Source: Macrostomum lignano (taxonomy: Eukaryota). From it: 64,000 bases of DNA. Position numbers and translations under genes: made by a program. The first letter of the stretch is position 1, and every line of letters begins with the position of its first letter. Below are positions 48,051-59,987 of the stretch, piece by piece. Under the pieces are notes generated by a model. That model made no database searches and was not told the origin of the DNA. It saw only the letters and a list, made by a program, of their open reading frames with translations. The stretch covers positions 62,001 to 126,000 of the forward strand of contig NIVC01000177.1 in the NCBI GenBank assembly GCA_002269645.1, written 5' to 3'.

Positions 48051-48765
48051 ATTACATATTTGCTAAACTAGTAGTATATATAATATCTTGCTAGATTTAT
48101 GAATAAAATTAAAAACTAACAATCATACCTTTTCTTATAACCTTTAAGTTTTTTATATAGGGGGTAACCCCCAACTGGGCTTTATAGTTTTGTATAGTAT
48201 ATATGACTCTATGACTGGGTTTTTTGTGCGAATGGATGCAAATAGCATCCTGGTCTTAAAAATTGCACCCTGAAATTTGACTCAGGGTGCAAAAAGTGCA
48301 CCAGAATTTTTTGCAAGGATGTGATGTAGATTTCACAATTTAGTGTTATGGATGCCTTAAGTCTGTAACTTTGTATTCTTAGAATTAGCCAGTAATTTTT
48401 TGAGTCCTTAAAAATGTAATTTAAGGAAATTTCAACTGTCGATTAAATTTTGGTAAGCAGAACCTAATGAACTGAATACTGAATGGTGGAAAGCCTGGGT
48501 TTTTTGTGCAAATGGGTGCGAATAGCATCCTGGTCTTGAAAATCGCACCCGGAAATCTAGCACAGGGTGAAAAATCGCACCCAAGTTATAGACCAAGGAA
48601 CCCAGCTCTGTGAGATATTGCATATATAAATATTTAAAACATTACATTATATCTTAAGAAATATTTAAAATTATTTAAATTATTTAGAATTCTTTCTTAA
48701 AATTCTTTAGAAATGCTTTATTTAGTTTAGGCATTATTGAGATCAATAAGTTATAGCTTTAAATA

Positions 48766-51173
48766 CATACATGCGCAACTGCTGGCCGACCTGGCCGATC
48801 CGGCCACCGTAAATCGTGGCTGACCAGGGGTAAGTCGCAAAATTGAGTCAACCAAAAACATAAAAACACAAGAACCAAGAAAGGCAAGAGGAAAGCGAAA
48901 GAAAGAGCAGTTCAGGGAAAATCGTGAAGCAAAAGAAAAACAATTCGCAAAAGAAGCAAACTAAGTTGTAAAAATAATCAGGTACTGGTAAGTCGCAACA
49001 GGAATCAGGTAAGTCGCAAAAGAAGCAAACTATGTCGCAAAAAGGATCAGGTAAGTCGCAAAAGGGTTAGGTAAGTCGCAAAAAGGATTAGGTAAGTCCC
49101 AAAAAGGATTAGGTAAGTCCCAAAAAGGATTATGTGAAAACTCCACTTCGGGGGTAAGACCCCCCCAAGGCAGAGAGCTTGTATTTAATATAGCTGGCCA
49201 ACAATAAAGGTTGTCTGACAAAGCATCAGCCAATCACACGCGCGCGTGCAGGTGTACACCTGCACTGTACATTACACTAAGCGGAGCAATTGAGCAGACC
49301 CACGCTACCACAGATTAGGTAAGTCGCAAAAAGGATTAGGTAAGTCGCAAAAAGAATCAGGTAAGTCGCAAAAGGATCAGCTAAGTCGCAAAAGGATTAG
49401 GTAACTCGCAAAAAGGATTAGGTAAGTCGCAAAAAGGATTAAGTAAGTCGCAAAAAGGATTAGGTAAGTCGCAAAAGGGTTAGGTAAGTCGCAAAAGGAT
49501 TAGGTAAGTCGCATAAGGATTAGGTAAGTCACAAAAAGGATTAGGTAAGTCGCAAAAGGGTTAGGTAAGTCGCAAAAGGATTAGGTAAGTCGCAAAAGGA
49601 TTAGGTAAGTCGCAAAAAGGATTAGGTAAGTCGCAAAAAGAAGCAACTAAGTCGCAATAAGAGGGAAGTAAGTCACAATCAGAGGCAATCAGGGGTAGTA
49701 GGTGCAAGTGTGGCAGGAGAGCAAAAACAGAATAGAAGCCTTCAACAACAGACAAGATCTTTGAAATCAGAAGCCCGTGTCAACAGTTTCCCATTGATTT
49801 CTTAAACTCTGGAGCAGGGGTCGGCAAACTCCGGCTCGCGAAGCCCCTCTATCTGGCCCTCGCCCCTCGGGTTCTTTGAAACTTCCTAACCAGCAAGGTT
49901 GGTGTCTCTTCAACTCTCATCTCTCTCTTCTTCTCTACCTTGCCTCCCCTCTTCTCTCTCTCCCCCTTTTCCCTCTTCTCTCTCCTCTCATTTTTACTCT
50001 CCTCTCTTCTCCCCCTTTCTCTCTACCCTTTCTCCTCAATGCCCTCTTCTCTCCTTTTATCTTCAGCAAAAATATGTGCATATTTTCTTACTTCAAAGTA
50101 GAGGGAATAGAAGATTAGAGATAAGCAAACAGAGGAGAGGCGAGCGATGCGATGGGAGAAAAGATAGAAAAGGAGAGAAAAGCTGAGGGAGGAAAAAGAG
50201 ATGAGAGAGAAGAGGAGATGAGAGGAAAGAGGAAAGAAAAGATGATGGATGAGATCAGAAGAGAGGAAAGAGGAAAGAGGAGAGAGTAGATGAGAGAAGA
50301 GAGGATAAAGAGGAGATGAGAGGAGAGTGAAGAGAGGAGAGATGAGAGAGTAGAAAAGAGAGGAGAGATAAGATGAGAGAGTAGAGTGGAATGGAGAGAG
50401 ACGAGAGGAGAGATAAGAATGTAGAGAGTAGAGTGGAATGGAGAGACAAGAGGAGAGATAAGAATGTAGAGAGGAGACAGAAGAGATAGGAGAGGAGAGG
50501 AAAGAGAGGAGAGAGGAGAGGAAAGAGAGAAGGGATAAGGGATGAGAGAGAAAAGAAAAAGAGGATGAGAAGATTGAGGAATGGAGAGAATTTGCAAAGG
50601 CCTCAAATCTTAGTTTAACATGCATTTACTCCCATCTTTGCCTTTTTCCTAACTGTTAACAAGTTTTTGTTTGAGCATGACTTCAAATTTAGAATCTATG
50701 CAAAAATAGTTCCGGGAATTAGAATTCAGTGGTTTAAAAATCTGTGGGTTTTCACAGCTTGTATCTCTACTGGATTCGTATTCTGCATCTGATGAGCCAT
50801 CTGAATCAGGGCTCTCATCTTCCATGCCAAATCGTCTAGCAAATCGTTCTTGAGCTATAGGTCACACTGTATTCACTTCACTTACTTCTGGACATTCATG
50901 AATCATGACTTTTGTAGTATGCTCACTACACTGTACTGACAATTTACTAATTGCTTCATGCCGCCACTAGATGACACTGATTAGCTGTTATAAAAACGCG
51001 GAATCTGCACGCCGCACTAATTAGCTGGCGAGGCATTTAGCTTTAAAAATATGGTCATAGTTACTCCTGCCGTTTACCTAAAGTTTTTGCTTGGCTCTTT
51101 TATAGGTAAGTTGCATTTTTTATCGAAAACTAAGTCGCACGGCCAGCGTAATTTCAGAAGTTGCGCATGTATG
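48766..51173. mobile_element. 2408-bp non-autonomous TIR element (8-bp TSD, hAT-like)
   Basis: Perfect 15-bp TIRs CATACATGCGCAACT / AGTTGCGCATGTATG; perfect TSD TTTAAATA at 48758-48765 and 51174-51181. Internal 20-21 bp GGATTAGGTAAGTCGCAAAA arrays, CT- and GA-rich tracts, and a CAGGGGTCGGCAAAC MITE end at about 49817. Confidence 0.88.
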
Positions 51174-51981
51174 TTTAAATAGTTGATGTTGCAATTTACT
51201 TAGACTTTTTAACAGTATATTTTAGTTCCTAATGCAATTTAGTATTATTAATATTAGTTCTTCCAATGCTTAGCTAAGGCTTTTCTGAGCCTAAGGAAAT
51301 AAGTTAAGTCTAATCTAATTAAAAGCTAGGCCCTATTAAAAGTTGGAAGTCAAATCCAAGACCAAGTTGAAAGGGACAGACAATAGTTTAATATGTTGGT
51401 TGCTTTTTCCTTTTTGGCCTTCTACTTAATTTATATCAGGTTTTGAAAGAGACTATAATAAATTTTATAGACAGAATAGGGCCTTTTTTCTAATAATATT
51501 ATATTATTATAAAAATTGGCAAAGGTTAAAATGTAGTAGGGCCTAGTTTTAAAAGCACAGCAAAGACATACTAGACTATATTATAATCTATAAATGTATA
51601 GAATGTGTAGCCTATATATAAACTGTCACATTGTCACTGTTAGTCAGTGGTCTAGCCCAGGCTACAAAACCCATGGAAAAAAATAATATAAAAAATATTT
51701 TAAGCCTTGTGTATCTATGTATAATCTATGGTATAGTATCAATATCTCTAGATTAGAACATATAACCATAATTAATATAAACAAAAACTTAAAAGGCCTA
51801 CTTACTACTACTACTACTAGGTGTACTTATTATTACTATTTATACTACTATACTATACAGTACCACAATGTGATAATACTAGGCAATCTTTCAGTTTTTT
51901 GCATTAAATTATTTTAATGTGTTACGCATTCTAGCTTTATTACTATAGCTGGAAGACCAACACTGACTAGGCTACAATTGT

Positions 51982-54131
51982 GGTACCCGGTAAAATGCGG
52001 AATCCGCAACGGAATCGGAATGGAATAGTACGGTAAAACGCGGAATCCGCAGCGGAATGGTAAACTGCGGAACGAAGTGCGGATTCCGCATATTAAAGTA
52101 AAACGCGGAATGCAAAAATGAAAAAAGTAAAATGCGGAATGAAAACTAACTGAATTATACTTTTATTCATCACCTTATATTTAAAAAAACATCTGAAATT
52201 TATGTACATTTTTGCTGAACAAATTTTTTTTCATTGTCACTATGACACTCAAATCAAATCTGTTGATCTTCCCTTAGCAAAATCCTCAGCAGAATGGTTA
52301 AGATACAGTAATTTTCGGAATGAAGATAGAGCTTTGGCAACTTATTTAAGGTAAATTCATACTCTGGAAGCGAAAGTGCATACTACGTACAATTTTTATA
52401 TTTAATGTATTTCAAAAGTGCCCGCTGACATGTGGCGAGAAGTCATCCTACATCCTATTGCTGTCAAAAAAATCGTAGCATTAAATGTGCATTTCTAAAA
52501 AAAAATTAAATCCGAAACTTTAGGACAAGATTGATTTTAGCGAAGCTAAAATAAAATTACGATTTGCAAGACGCTTTTACGTTTTTAGTGTCAAGAAAGG
52601 CAATAAATAGTACAAGGAAGCATGGAAAGTCAGATCAGTCAGATCAGTATGGAAAGTCAGTACCCTCTGGGAAAATCGCCGGCGAATCGCAAGCGAATTG
52701 TCAGCGAGACAGCGAAGTAGTGGCGACATTTTTTTCTTCATTTCCCATATAGAACGTTTCAAAAAGCTGTGTTTGTCTGGAACTTTTCTTCCTGCAGCAT
52801 AAAACATAGTTTTTCCACCTCGGTCGCATTGGCGAATCGTCAGCGGAACATTAGCGAAGTTTCGCCAGCAACTTTTCGCCAGCGACGGGACAGCGAATCG
52901 CTAACGAATAAGTGCTTGATTATTTATTATTGGGGCTCTATTTTGCTAGTAAATATAAGAAAATGTATAAAATTATTTGATTTCTCACTTGCATAACAAT
53001 CCCTTCATTCTATTCTATCGAATTAACCACTGCTTGGGGTATGAATCAGATAAATCATATATAGTAACTTCTCTAGGCAATAGAAAGTTAGGTATAACGA
53101 GTGGAACTCCTCCACTGGAGGACAAACCCAAGAAATTCGACTCCCCGAATTGTAATGTTTATGCAGTGTTTGAATCGCAAAGTCAAGTCATAGTATGGAA
53201 ATTATCAATCTGGGCATACGTTTATATTTATAGTTGCACATCGGGTTCCGGAGTAACTATTACAAAAATGGGCATTGTTTTTATCGCAACCTTTTTGTTA
53301 ACTTTATTAATCTATGCCTGCAAATAGTGCTTACTTCTAAGGACACAAATCAACTGCTGGGCTGTTGTTTCGGGTCATAGTCACATAGAGGCTCTACCCG
53401 CACACCCGTAAAGCGGGTTGTTGTCGCCTGTAAACCCTCTTCGGAACTTAATCTCGTGGGCTTTGTCCACAGAAAAGTTAATGCATAGATTCAATCAAAC
53501 AGTACATTTAGAAAATTAGCTGTTAATAGTTGGTCACATCAAAAAGGATGTCCAGGAAAGGGTTTTGCTTGTACGTTAGGTTCCCTTGTAGCACATTTTG
53601 GCACTTGGAAATCAGGCCAGGTCCATGCATAAGCACTTTTTAATATCATGATATATTGTGATAAACTGGTGCGGAAGCCTAGCGCAAGTGAGCATCATGG
53701 TAACACTTCCGAATGCATTTGCAAGATAGGCAAATGGAATATTTAAACATTTCTTGCAAAGAAATTTATTTTTGTATTTTTAGCATATACTTATTTCCAA
53801 AAACTGCACAATATGTTGTTAATATACATTCCGATGATAGAAACTTTATTTGACATTACAAAAAATCAGCTTCTAAATAAATTAAGCTATATATACATGT
53901 AGCTAGATAGCTATTTGTAGTCTTTAGTACATGTTGATGTTGATGAATAAAAGTATAATTCAGTTAGTTTTCATTCCACATTTTACTTTTTTCATTTTCG
54001 CATTCCGCGTTTTACTTTAATATGCGGAATCCGCACTTCGTTCCGCAGTTTACCATTCCGCTGCGGATTCCGCGTTTTACTGTACTATTCCATTCCGATT
54101 CCGTTGCGGATTCCGCATTTTACTGGGTACC
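51982..54131. mobile_element. 2150-bp non-autonomous Mutator-like element (MULE) with about 190-bp TIRs
   Basis: 51982-52171 and 53941-54131 are near-perfect inverted repeats starting GGTACCC. Flanks TACAATTGT (51973-51981) and TACAATGGT (54132-54140) form a 9-bp TSD with one mismatch. Confidence 0.88.
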
Positions 54132-54933
54132 TACAATGGTACCTCTTATGGAAATAAGGCTAAGGCCCAGCATTGAACTTGCAATATCTAGCTCAACCAT
54201 TGGGAATTGGTTCAGGCCATGCCCAACGATCTAGCTATGATGCTGCAATGTGCTGGCTGGCAAAATTTTATACCTAAAAGGTAATAAAAAGAAATAGGAT
54301 CAAAATTAGACAACTGCAACCAATCAATATATACTTAGCCTAACTTTAAGTCGGCCTATTTGCTGTTCAGTCTATAGTGGTAATGTGGTATAAGCTAAGA
54401 CTAAGATTAAAGCCTATATAGGTCTAAAAAGAGGAATATATAGCAAGGACGATTTAAGTAGAAGGACAGGAAACCTCGTTTTTTAGAAAATTTTCGAAAG
54501 CAAGTTTCCCGAAAAAATACACTAGGCCCTACAGTCACGGAGATAGGAACTTTTCATTTTACATGTATATAACTAACTATATAACTATATAACTATATAA
54601 CTATGTAAGAGTGTCGAGTGAGTCATCAGTTTGCCTTGCTTGATCATTGGTAGGCGCTTTGAGTGGCCTTGGGGATTCCCTGTCCGCCACCCCATTCCGT
54701 TTGTCGTCCAGTGTGCAGCCACCCCACTCCCTCTATGTACATTTTAACGTCGGTTTAGCGTCGGTAAAAACCGATCGGCAAAAGTTATATACATCATTTT
54801 ACATACATTTCCTGTACCTAAAAATCATAAAAATGCATGACACAGTCACACAGCTCGAATCTTTGGTTTTATGAATCTATTTTATCATCTCTGTTACAAA
54901 TTTTTGTTACACAGTCAGCTAAGAATGATAAAA

Positions 54934-55690
54934 TCTCTACCTATAAAAATCAAAACTCTGTGTGTGTGTCTGTGTGTGGACAATTTTGATCGCTATGGAC
55001 TCCCAAACCGCTCAACCAAATTACACCAAACTTTACACCCACCCTAAACTTACTACGGAGAATGTCTTAGGCTACCTTTTAATTTCCTAAATTTGAGTCT
55101 TCCTACCTAAAAGTACAAAAAACTGCTCAGAATGCGCGATTTTTTCACTAAATCCTCCATAGCGCCGCTCCACTTCTACCGATTCTCTTCAAATTTGACA
55201 CAGGCAATTTTCAACTATTTTGACACAATCGTGTAAAATTTCAAATCTCAAAGTTAATCCTGAACGGCGCTGTGCACTTTTAAAGTTAGGCTGTTTTTTT
55301 CAGCGTAGCAACCACCCCAACCTCCGCCCGCCTGCCTCTCTTTCCCGATCTGGGCAAAGCGTGTGAGTAGGTTTTAAAATGCCTAACTTTCGGCTGCCAT
55401 AGTTTTGCTCCACGTGAAGCGATTGACTTCAAATTTGACACAATTCTTTATTGACTCATTCTCTGCCTACATGTAAAGTCTCAACTCTGTATCTCAATTA
55501 GGACAGAAACTGTAAGCATGTGAATTTTGTCTGCTTTTTCTGTTGTTTGTGCCTCTCACTCACTCATTCCCCCAGCCCAGACGAAGGGTCAGGCGATAGG
55601 GCTCAATGTACTTAGCGAATGTACAGTGTTTTGGAATAACTTTTTAATAGCCTTCTCGGCAACCCGCGCGCGGAGAGGCGTGGAGACTGG
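54934..55690 (+). mobile_element. Probable non-autonomous Helitron-type element
   Basis: A|TCTCTACCTATAAAAAT start followed by a (TG)n/CTGT microsatellite, AAACCGCTCAACCAAATT..AAACTTT body motifs, a GC-rich subterminal hairpin (GCCTTCTC..GAGAGGC) and a CTGG end. The 3' flank is A rather than the canonical T. Confidence 0.5.
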
Positions 55691-55991
55691 AGAGGAGAGA
55701 CAGTTTCAGCGAGAGATTCAAACCACTGTCCTCTGTATAGACAAGTCTGCAGCCGTTTAACAGTGGATGGCAAATCAAGGCGATGTGGGATGGTTTGTAA
55801 AAATAGCGAAAAATTAATGAATAACTGATTAGTAGTGATTACAATGCAATCCTACTAAATTAGTTACACCATGAAAATTTTAACATTAAGATTCGCATAA
55901 TGTAACTTTAAAATTTAAATGGCTCCTAAGAAATACGTATTTCCTTGGTTGCTAGACTGCTGCAGACTGTGGTGGTGGAGCTGGGCTGGAG

Positions 55992-56921
55992 TAGGGATTC
56001 CAAAATCCCGACATTTTACAATCCCGGGATTGAATAGTCCCGAAATCCCGATGCTGTTGAAATCCCGGGATTCAAAATCCCGGAATCCCGGTGCTTTTGC
56101 AATCCCGGGATTAAAAATCCCGGGATTCGAATCCCAAAAAAATCCCGGGATTCAAATCCCGGATTTTTGGCCCCAATCCCGGGATCCCGGGATCCCGGGA
56201 TTGGAATCCTAAGACGGACTGTGCGGCGTGCCGCGTGCAGTAGTCATGGTCTCGCGACTCTCAGAGTCTCAGGGCCTTTTCATGTTACCAATTCCAGAAC
56301 CAGAATCGGTTCGGAATTCCAAGAAAAACAGCAGTATAACTATTAAACTCTGTTAATATTTGACTGCCTTAACAGCCTCACTTTGCACGATTTTTCACTT
56401 TCTTTTTGGCGACTGTCATTCAATAATAAAAACTTTATAGCACGTATCTCCCTATAGTTATGGAGACAAAAAGTTATACTTCACAAATTGGTTCTGCTTC
56501 TGGAACCAGAACAAGCACTATGAAAAGGCCCTCAGTCTCGTCTCGTGGTGGAAAACGAAAAAAGTTAAAATTATCTATCATTTACAGTTCACATTAACAA
56601 TTTTTAGATCAATTAGGACAGGAGCTTTGCAAATGTTTAGCGTTTCATTGAGAAACAGCAAAAACAAATAAATGTTTTATTATTCAAATAAACGTTTAGA
56701 CTTTAAATTATCTAATTTAGGCATTGAAAGGTTGTTCTAATCCCGGACCAATCCCGGGATTAAGGCCTTGAAATCCCGGGATCCCGATCCCGGACTTTTG
56801 CAATCCCGGGATTAAAAATCCCGGGATTCGATTCCCAAAAAAATCCCGGGATTCAAATCCCGGATTTTTGGCCCCAATCCCGGGATCCCGGGATCCCGGG
56901 ATCCCGGGATTGGAATCCCTA
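55992..56921. mobile_element. 930-bp hAT-type non-autonomous (composite) element with ATCCCGGGAT arrays
   Basis: TIR TAGGGATTCCA / TGGAATCCCTA; perfect 8-bp TSD GGCTGGAG at 55984-55991 and 56922-56929. The right-end module occurs twice. Nested AGGGCCTTTTCAT..ATGAAAAGGCCCT MITE at 56271-56532. Confidence 0.88.
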
Positions 56922-57079
56922 GGCTGGAGGGAGATACAAAAATTCCTCTCAGGGCTGCTAATTGGCCAGAAATATGATGTGATTAAAGCATAACAACTAT
57001 GAGAGTACTACGTTCCACAAACGCTTTCGAAGCGGGGATTGACAGAATTTAACCTCAAATGCCAGATAAAGAATGCAGC

Positions 57080-58580
57080 TCATGGCTGATGAGATGAGAG
57101 TGAAAAGGAGAAGGAATAGACTATAAAAAGAGAGGAGAAGCGAGAGGAGGATAAGAGAAAAGATAGAAGACAAGAAGAGAGATGATGGGGTAAGGATAAG
57201 AAGTGAGCAGATAATATTGGAGTAAGAAGCGAGAGGAGGGGAGAGAGAAGAGAGAGGAAAGAGTAGAAGTGAGAAGAGGGAGAGAGAAGATGGGAGAGAT
57301 GAGACAGGATCGATGACAGAGGAGAGCAGAGAGGAGTGAGAAGAGAGTAGAGATGAGAGATGAAGGAGGAGAGAGCAGAGTGCAGAAAGGCGAGAGAAGA
57401 GAATAGAGGGGAGAGAGTATAGAAGAGAGAAGAGAAGAGGAGTAAGGAAAGAGAGTAATCAGAGGAGGGTAAAGAGAACAGTACACTGAAGATTGGAGAG
57501 TACAGATGGCAGAAAAGAGAGGGGATGAGAGTGAACACGATATCTGAGAGGAGAGAGGAGAGAGGAGTGAGATGAGGGGAAAGAGAAGAGTACAGAGGAG
57601 AGAGGTGAGAACATACGAGTATACGAGAGTAAAGATGACAGATGAGAGAGGGAAGATAAGACTGAGAGAGCAAAGACGAGAGTGAACACACGAGAGATGG
57701 GAGAGTAGAGAGAAAAGAGGATAGATAAGAAATAAGAGATGAGAGATGAAAGGTGAGACAAAGGGAGAGAGAGAGAGAAGTGAGTGAGGAAAGAGGAGGG
57801 GAGGGGAGAGAATCGAGAGGACAGGGGAAAGAGGGGAAAGGATGAGAGAGGGGTGAGGAGAGAGAGGGAGAGAGCATGCAGAGAGAAATGAGAAGAGATA
57901 AGAGAGAAAAGATAAAAGAAGAGAAATGAGAGATAGATAAGAGAGCAAAGACGAGAGAGGAGAGGTGAAGGAAGAGACGATAGAAGAGACGAGAGAGTAC
58001 AGAGTACAGAGGAGGGAGGAGAGGAGAAAGGAGAGAGGAGAAGTGTTCGGAGAGGGTAGAGTAAGGAGTGAGAAGAGGGGAGAGGGAAGAGAGAATAGAG
58101 AGTAGAGAGCAGAGAGAAGATAGTGCAGATTGAGCAGAGGGAAGATAGAGTAAAGAGCAGAGAGAAGAGAGAGTAGAGAGCAGAGAGAAAATAGAGTAGA
58201 GAGGAGAGAGTAGAGAGCAGAGAGAAAATAGAGTAGAGAGGAGAGAGTAGAGAGCAGAGAGAAAATAGAGTAGAGAGGAGAGAGTAGAGAGCAGAGAGAA
58301 AATAGAGTAGAGAGGAGAGAGTAGAGAGCAGAGAGAAAATAGAGTAGAGAGGAGAGAGTAGAGAGCAGAGAGAAAATAGAGTAGAGAGGAGAGAGTAGAG
58401 AGCAGAGAGAAATGGGAAGAGATAAAACAGGAGAAAGGGAGAGATAAGAGAGCAGAGACGAGAGAGGAGAGGAGAGGAGAGAAAATAATAAGAGGGAATA
58501 GACGAGAGAAGAGGGGATAGAGGAGAGAGAGAAGAGACCACAGACCAGAGAAGAGAGAAAACAGAAGAGAAGGTAGAGAT
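57080..58580. repeat. Degenerate GA-rich low-complexity tract containing a 37-bp repeat (about 58160-58410)
   Basis: Strong purine bias; AAAATAGAGTAGAGAGGAGAGAGTAGAGAGCAGAGAG period of 37. Confidence 0.9.
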
Positions 58581-59563
58581 AGAAGTTTCTAAGGATCCAA
58601 CTTCAAAGGGACACAACACAAGGAGAGGCAGAGGCCATGAGTTTGCCTGACATTCTGTGCAGCACCCCAACCAACAATATTAATGTTTGCTTCAAATACT
58701 AATTGTACATGAATGTACTCTATTTTTATGTTTAACTCTATCCTAAATTCCTAACTATTAAAAAGTTTTTGTTTAAGTATGGGCTCAGATTTCAGAATAC
58801 ATGCAAAAATAGTTCTGGGGGTTGGAATTCCCCGGGTTCAAATTCCGCGGGTTTCAACAGCTTGTAGACTCATAAAACCAAAGAGCCGAGCTGTGCAATT
58901 TCAATGGTTTTTAGGCACAAGACACGTGCAAATGTAGGCCTACGTAGAATAAAAAATTCACATAGAATCCTAATTTTCTGAACGAAAAGCTCTAAGAATA
59001 TCGATAGAGCAAGAAGAAAGGCACAACATATCAAAAGATGAGCACTGGATCTGCCTACTATCAAAAGCAATAGCAATTTTTGTGCTAAAAAAATGAAGTT
59101 CCTTTCTCTGTAAGTGTATTTTTCGGGAAAACCTGCCTTCTAAATTTTTCTAAGAAACGAGGTTTCCCGTCCTTCTACTTAAGTCGTCCTTGATATGTAG
59201 ACCACCACAACACATAATTACCATAGCGTCTTAAAAAAACTATCTGGTTTTTAATCTATGATCAACTTCAATTTTTATTTTCTTAAATTGAATTATTGGT
59301 GCAAATTTCCATTTTGCCGGTGCTCTTTTTGTCATTTCGTTTCGCTTTTTCACTTTTCTACTACTGAGTAAAATATAATGCATTTTATATAAAAAACCTA
59401 ATCGTGCTAAACTTCTAAAAAAACTTTTTTTTCTTTTTGTTCTCTTTGCTTTTGCGTTTTGCTTTATATAGGCTTACCGCGAAATATTTAAATTTGCACA
59501 AATTCAAGTTAAAAAATTTCATAGAAAATGTTCGTTTGGACAACAAGATTCATTAAATCAGTC

Positions 59564-59987
59564 GGTGCTGACCATTCGGCGAAAGACCACTTCGGCGAAG
59601 GCCACTTCAGCGAATGACCATTTCGGAGAATCCACTTCGGTGAATGAAATGACCACTTCGGCGAAGCTTGTGAAACTTAACGAAAAATTAGTGTATCAAA
59701 ACAAGACAACAGAATGCTAGTACGAGTTTATCTCCAGCAGAGAAATTAATATCCTCTTCTTGTAATATTGAGTTCATCGCGATCCACTACACCTTTTCAC
59801 GTTCAATTGGCCTGCTAATTGAACGTGAATTGAAATACTATTAAAATTTAATTATATAAAGTTAAATATACTATATTATATCGTTCGCCAAAGTGGTCAT
59901 TGCATTCGCCGAAGTGGATTCTCCAAAATTGTCTTTCGCCAAAGTGGCCTTCGCCGAAGTAGGCTTTCGCCGAAATGGACTGAAACC
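59564..59987. mobile_element. 424-bp Mutator-like MITE with modular TIRs (CCACTTCGGCGAA repeats)
   Basis: Inverted arrays at about 59564-59670 and 59882-59987; 9-bp TSD AAATCAGTC (59555-59563) / AAATCAGTT (59988-59996). Confidence 0.8.

Noticed and set aside
57080-58670. Ser/Leu-rich ORFs of 265-403 aa on minus (also 50023-50625 and 35823-36176)
   Set aside because: Reverse complements of GA-rich low-complexity tracts.
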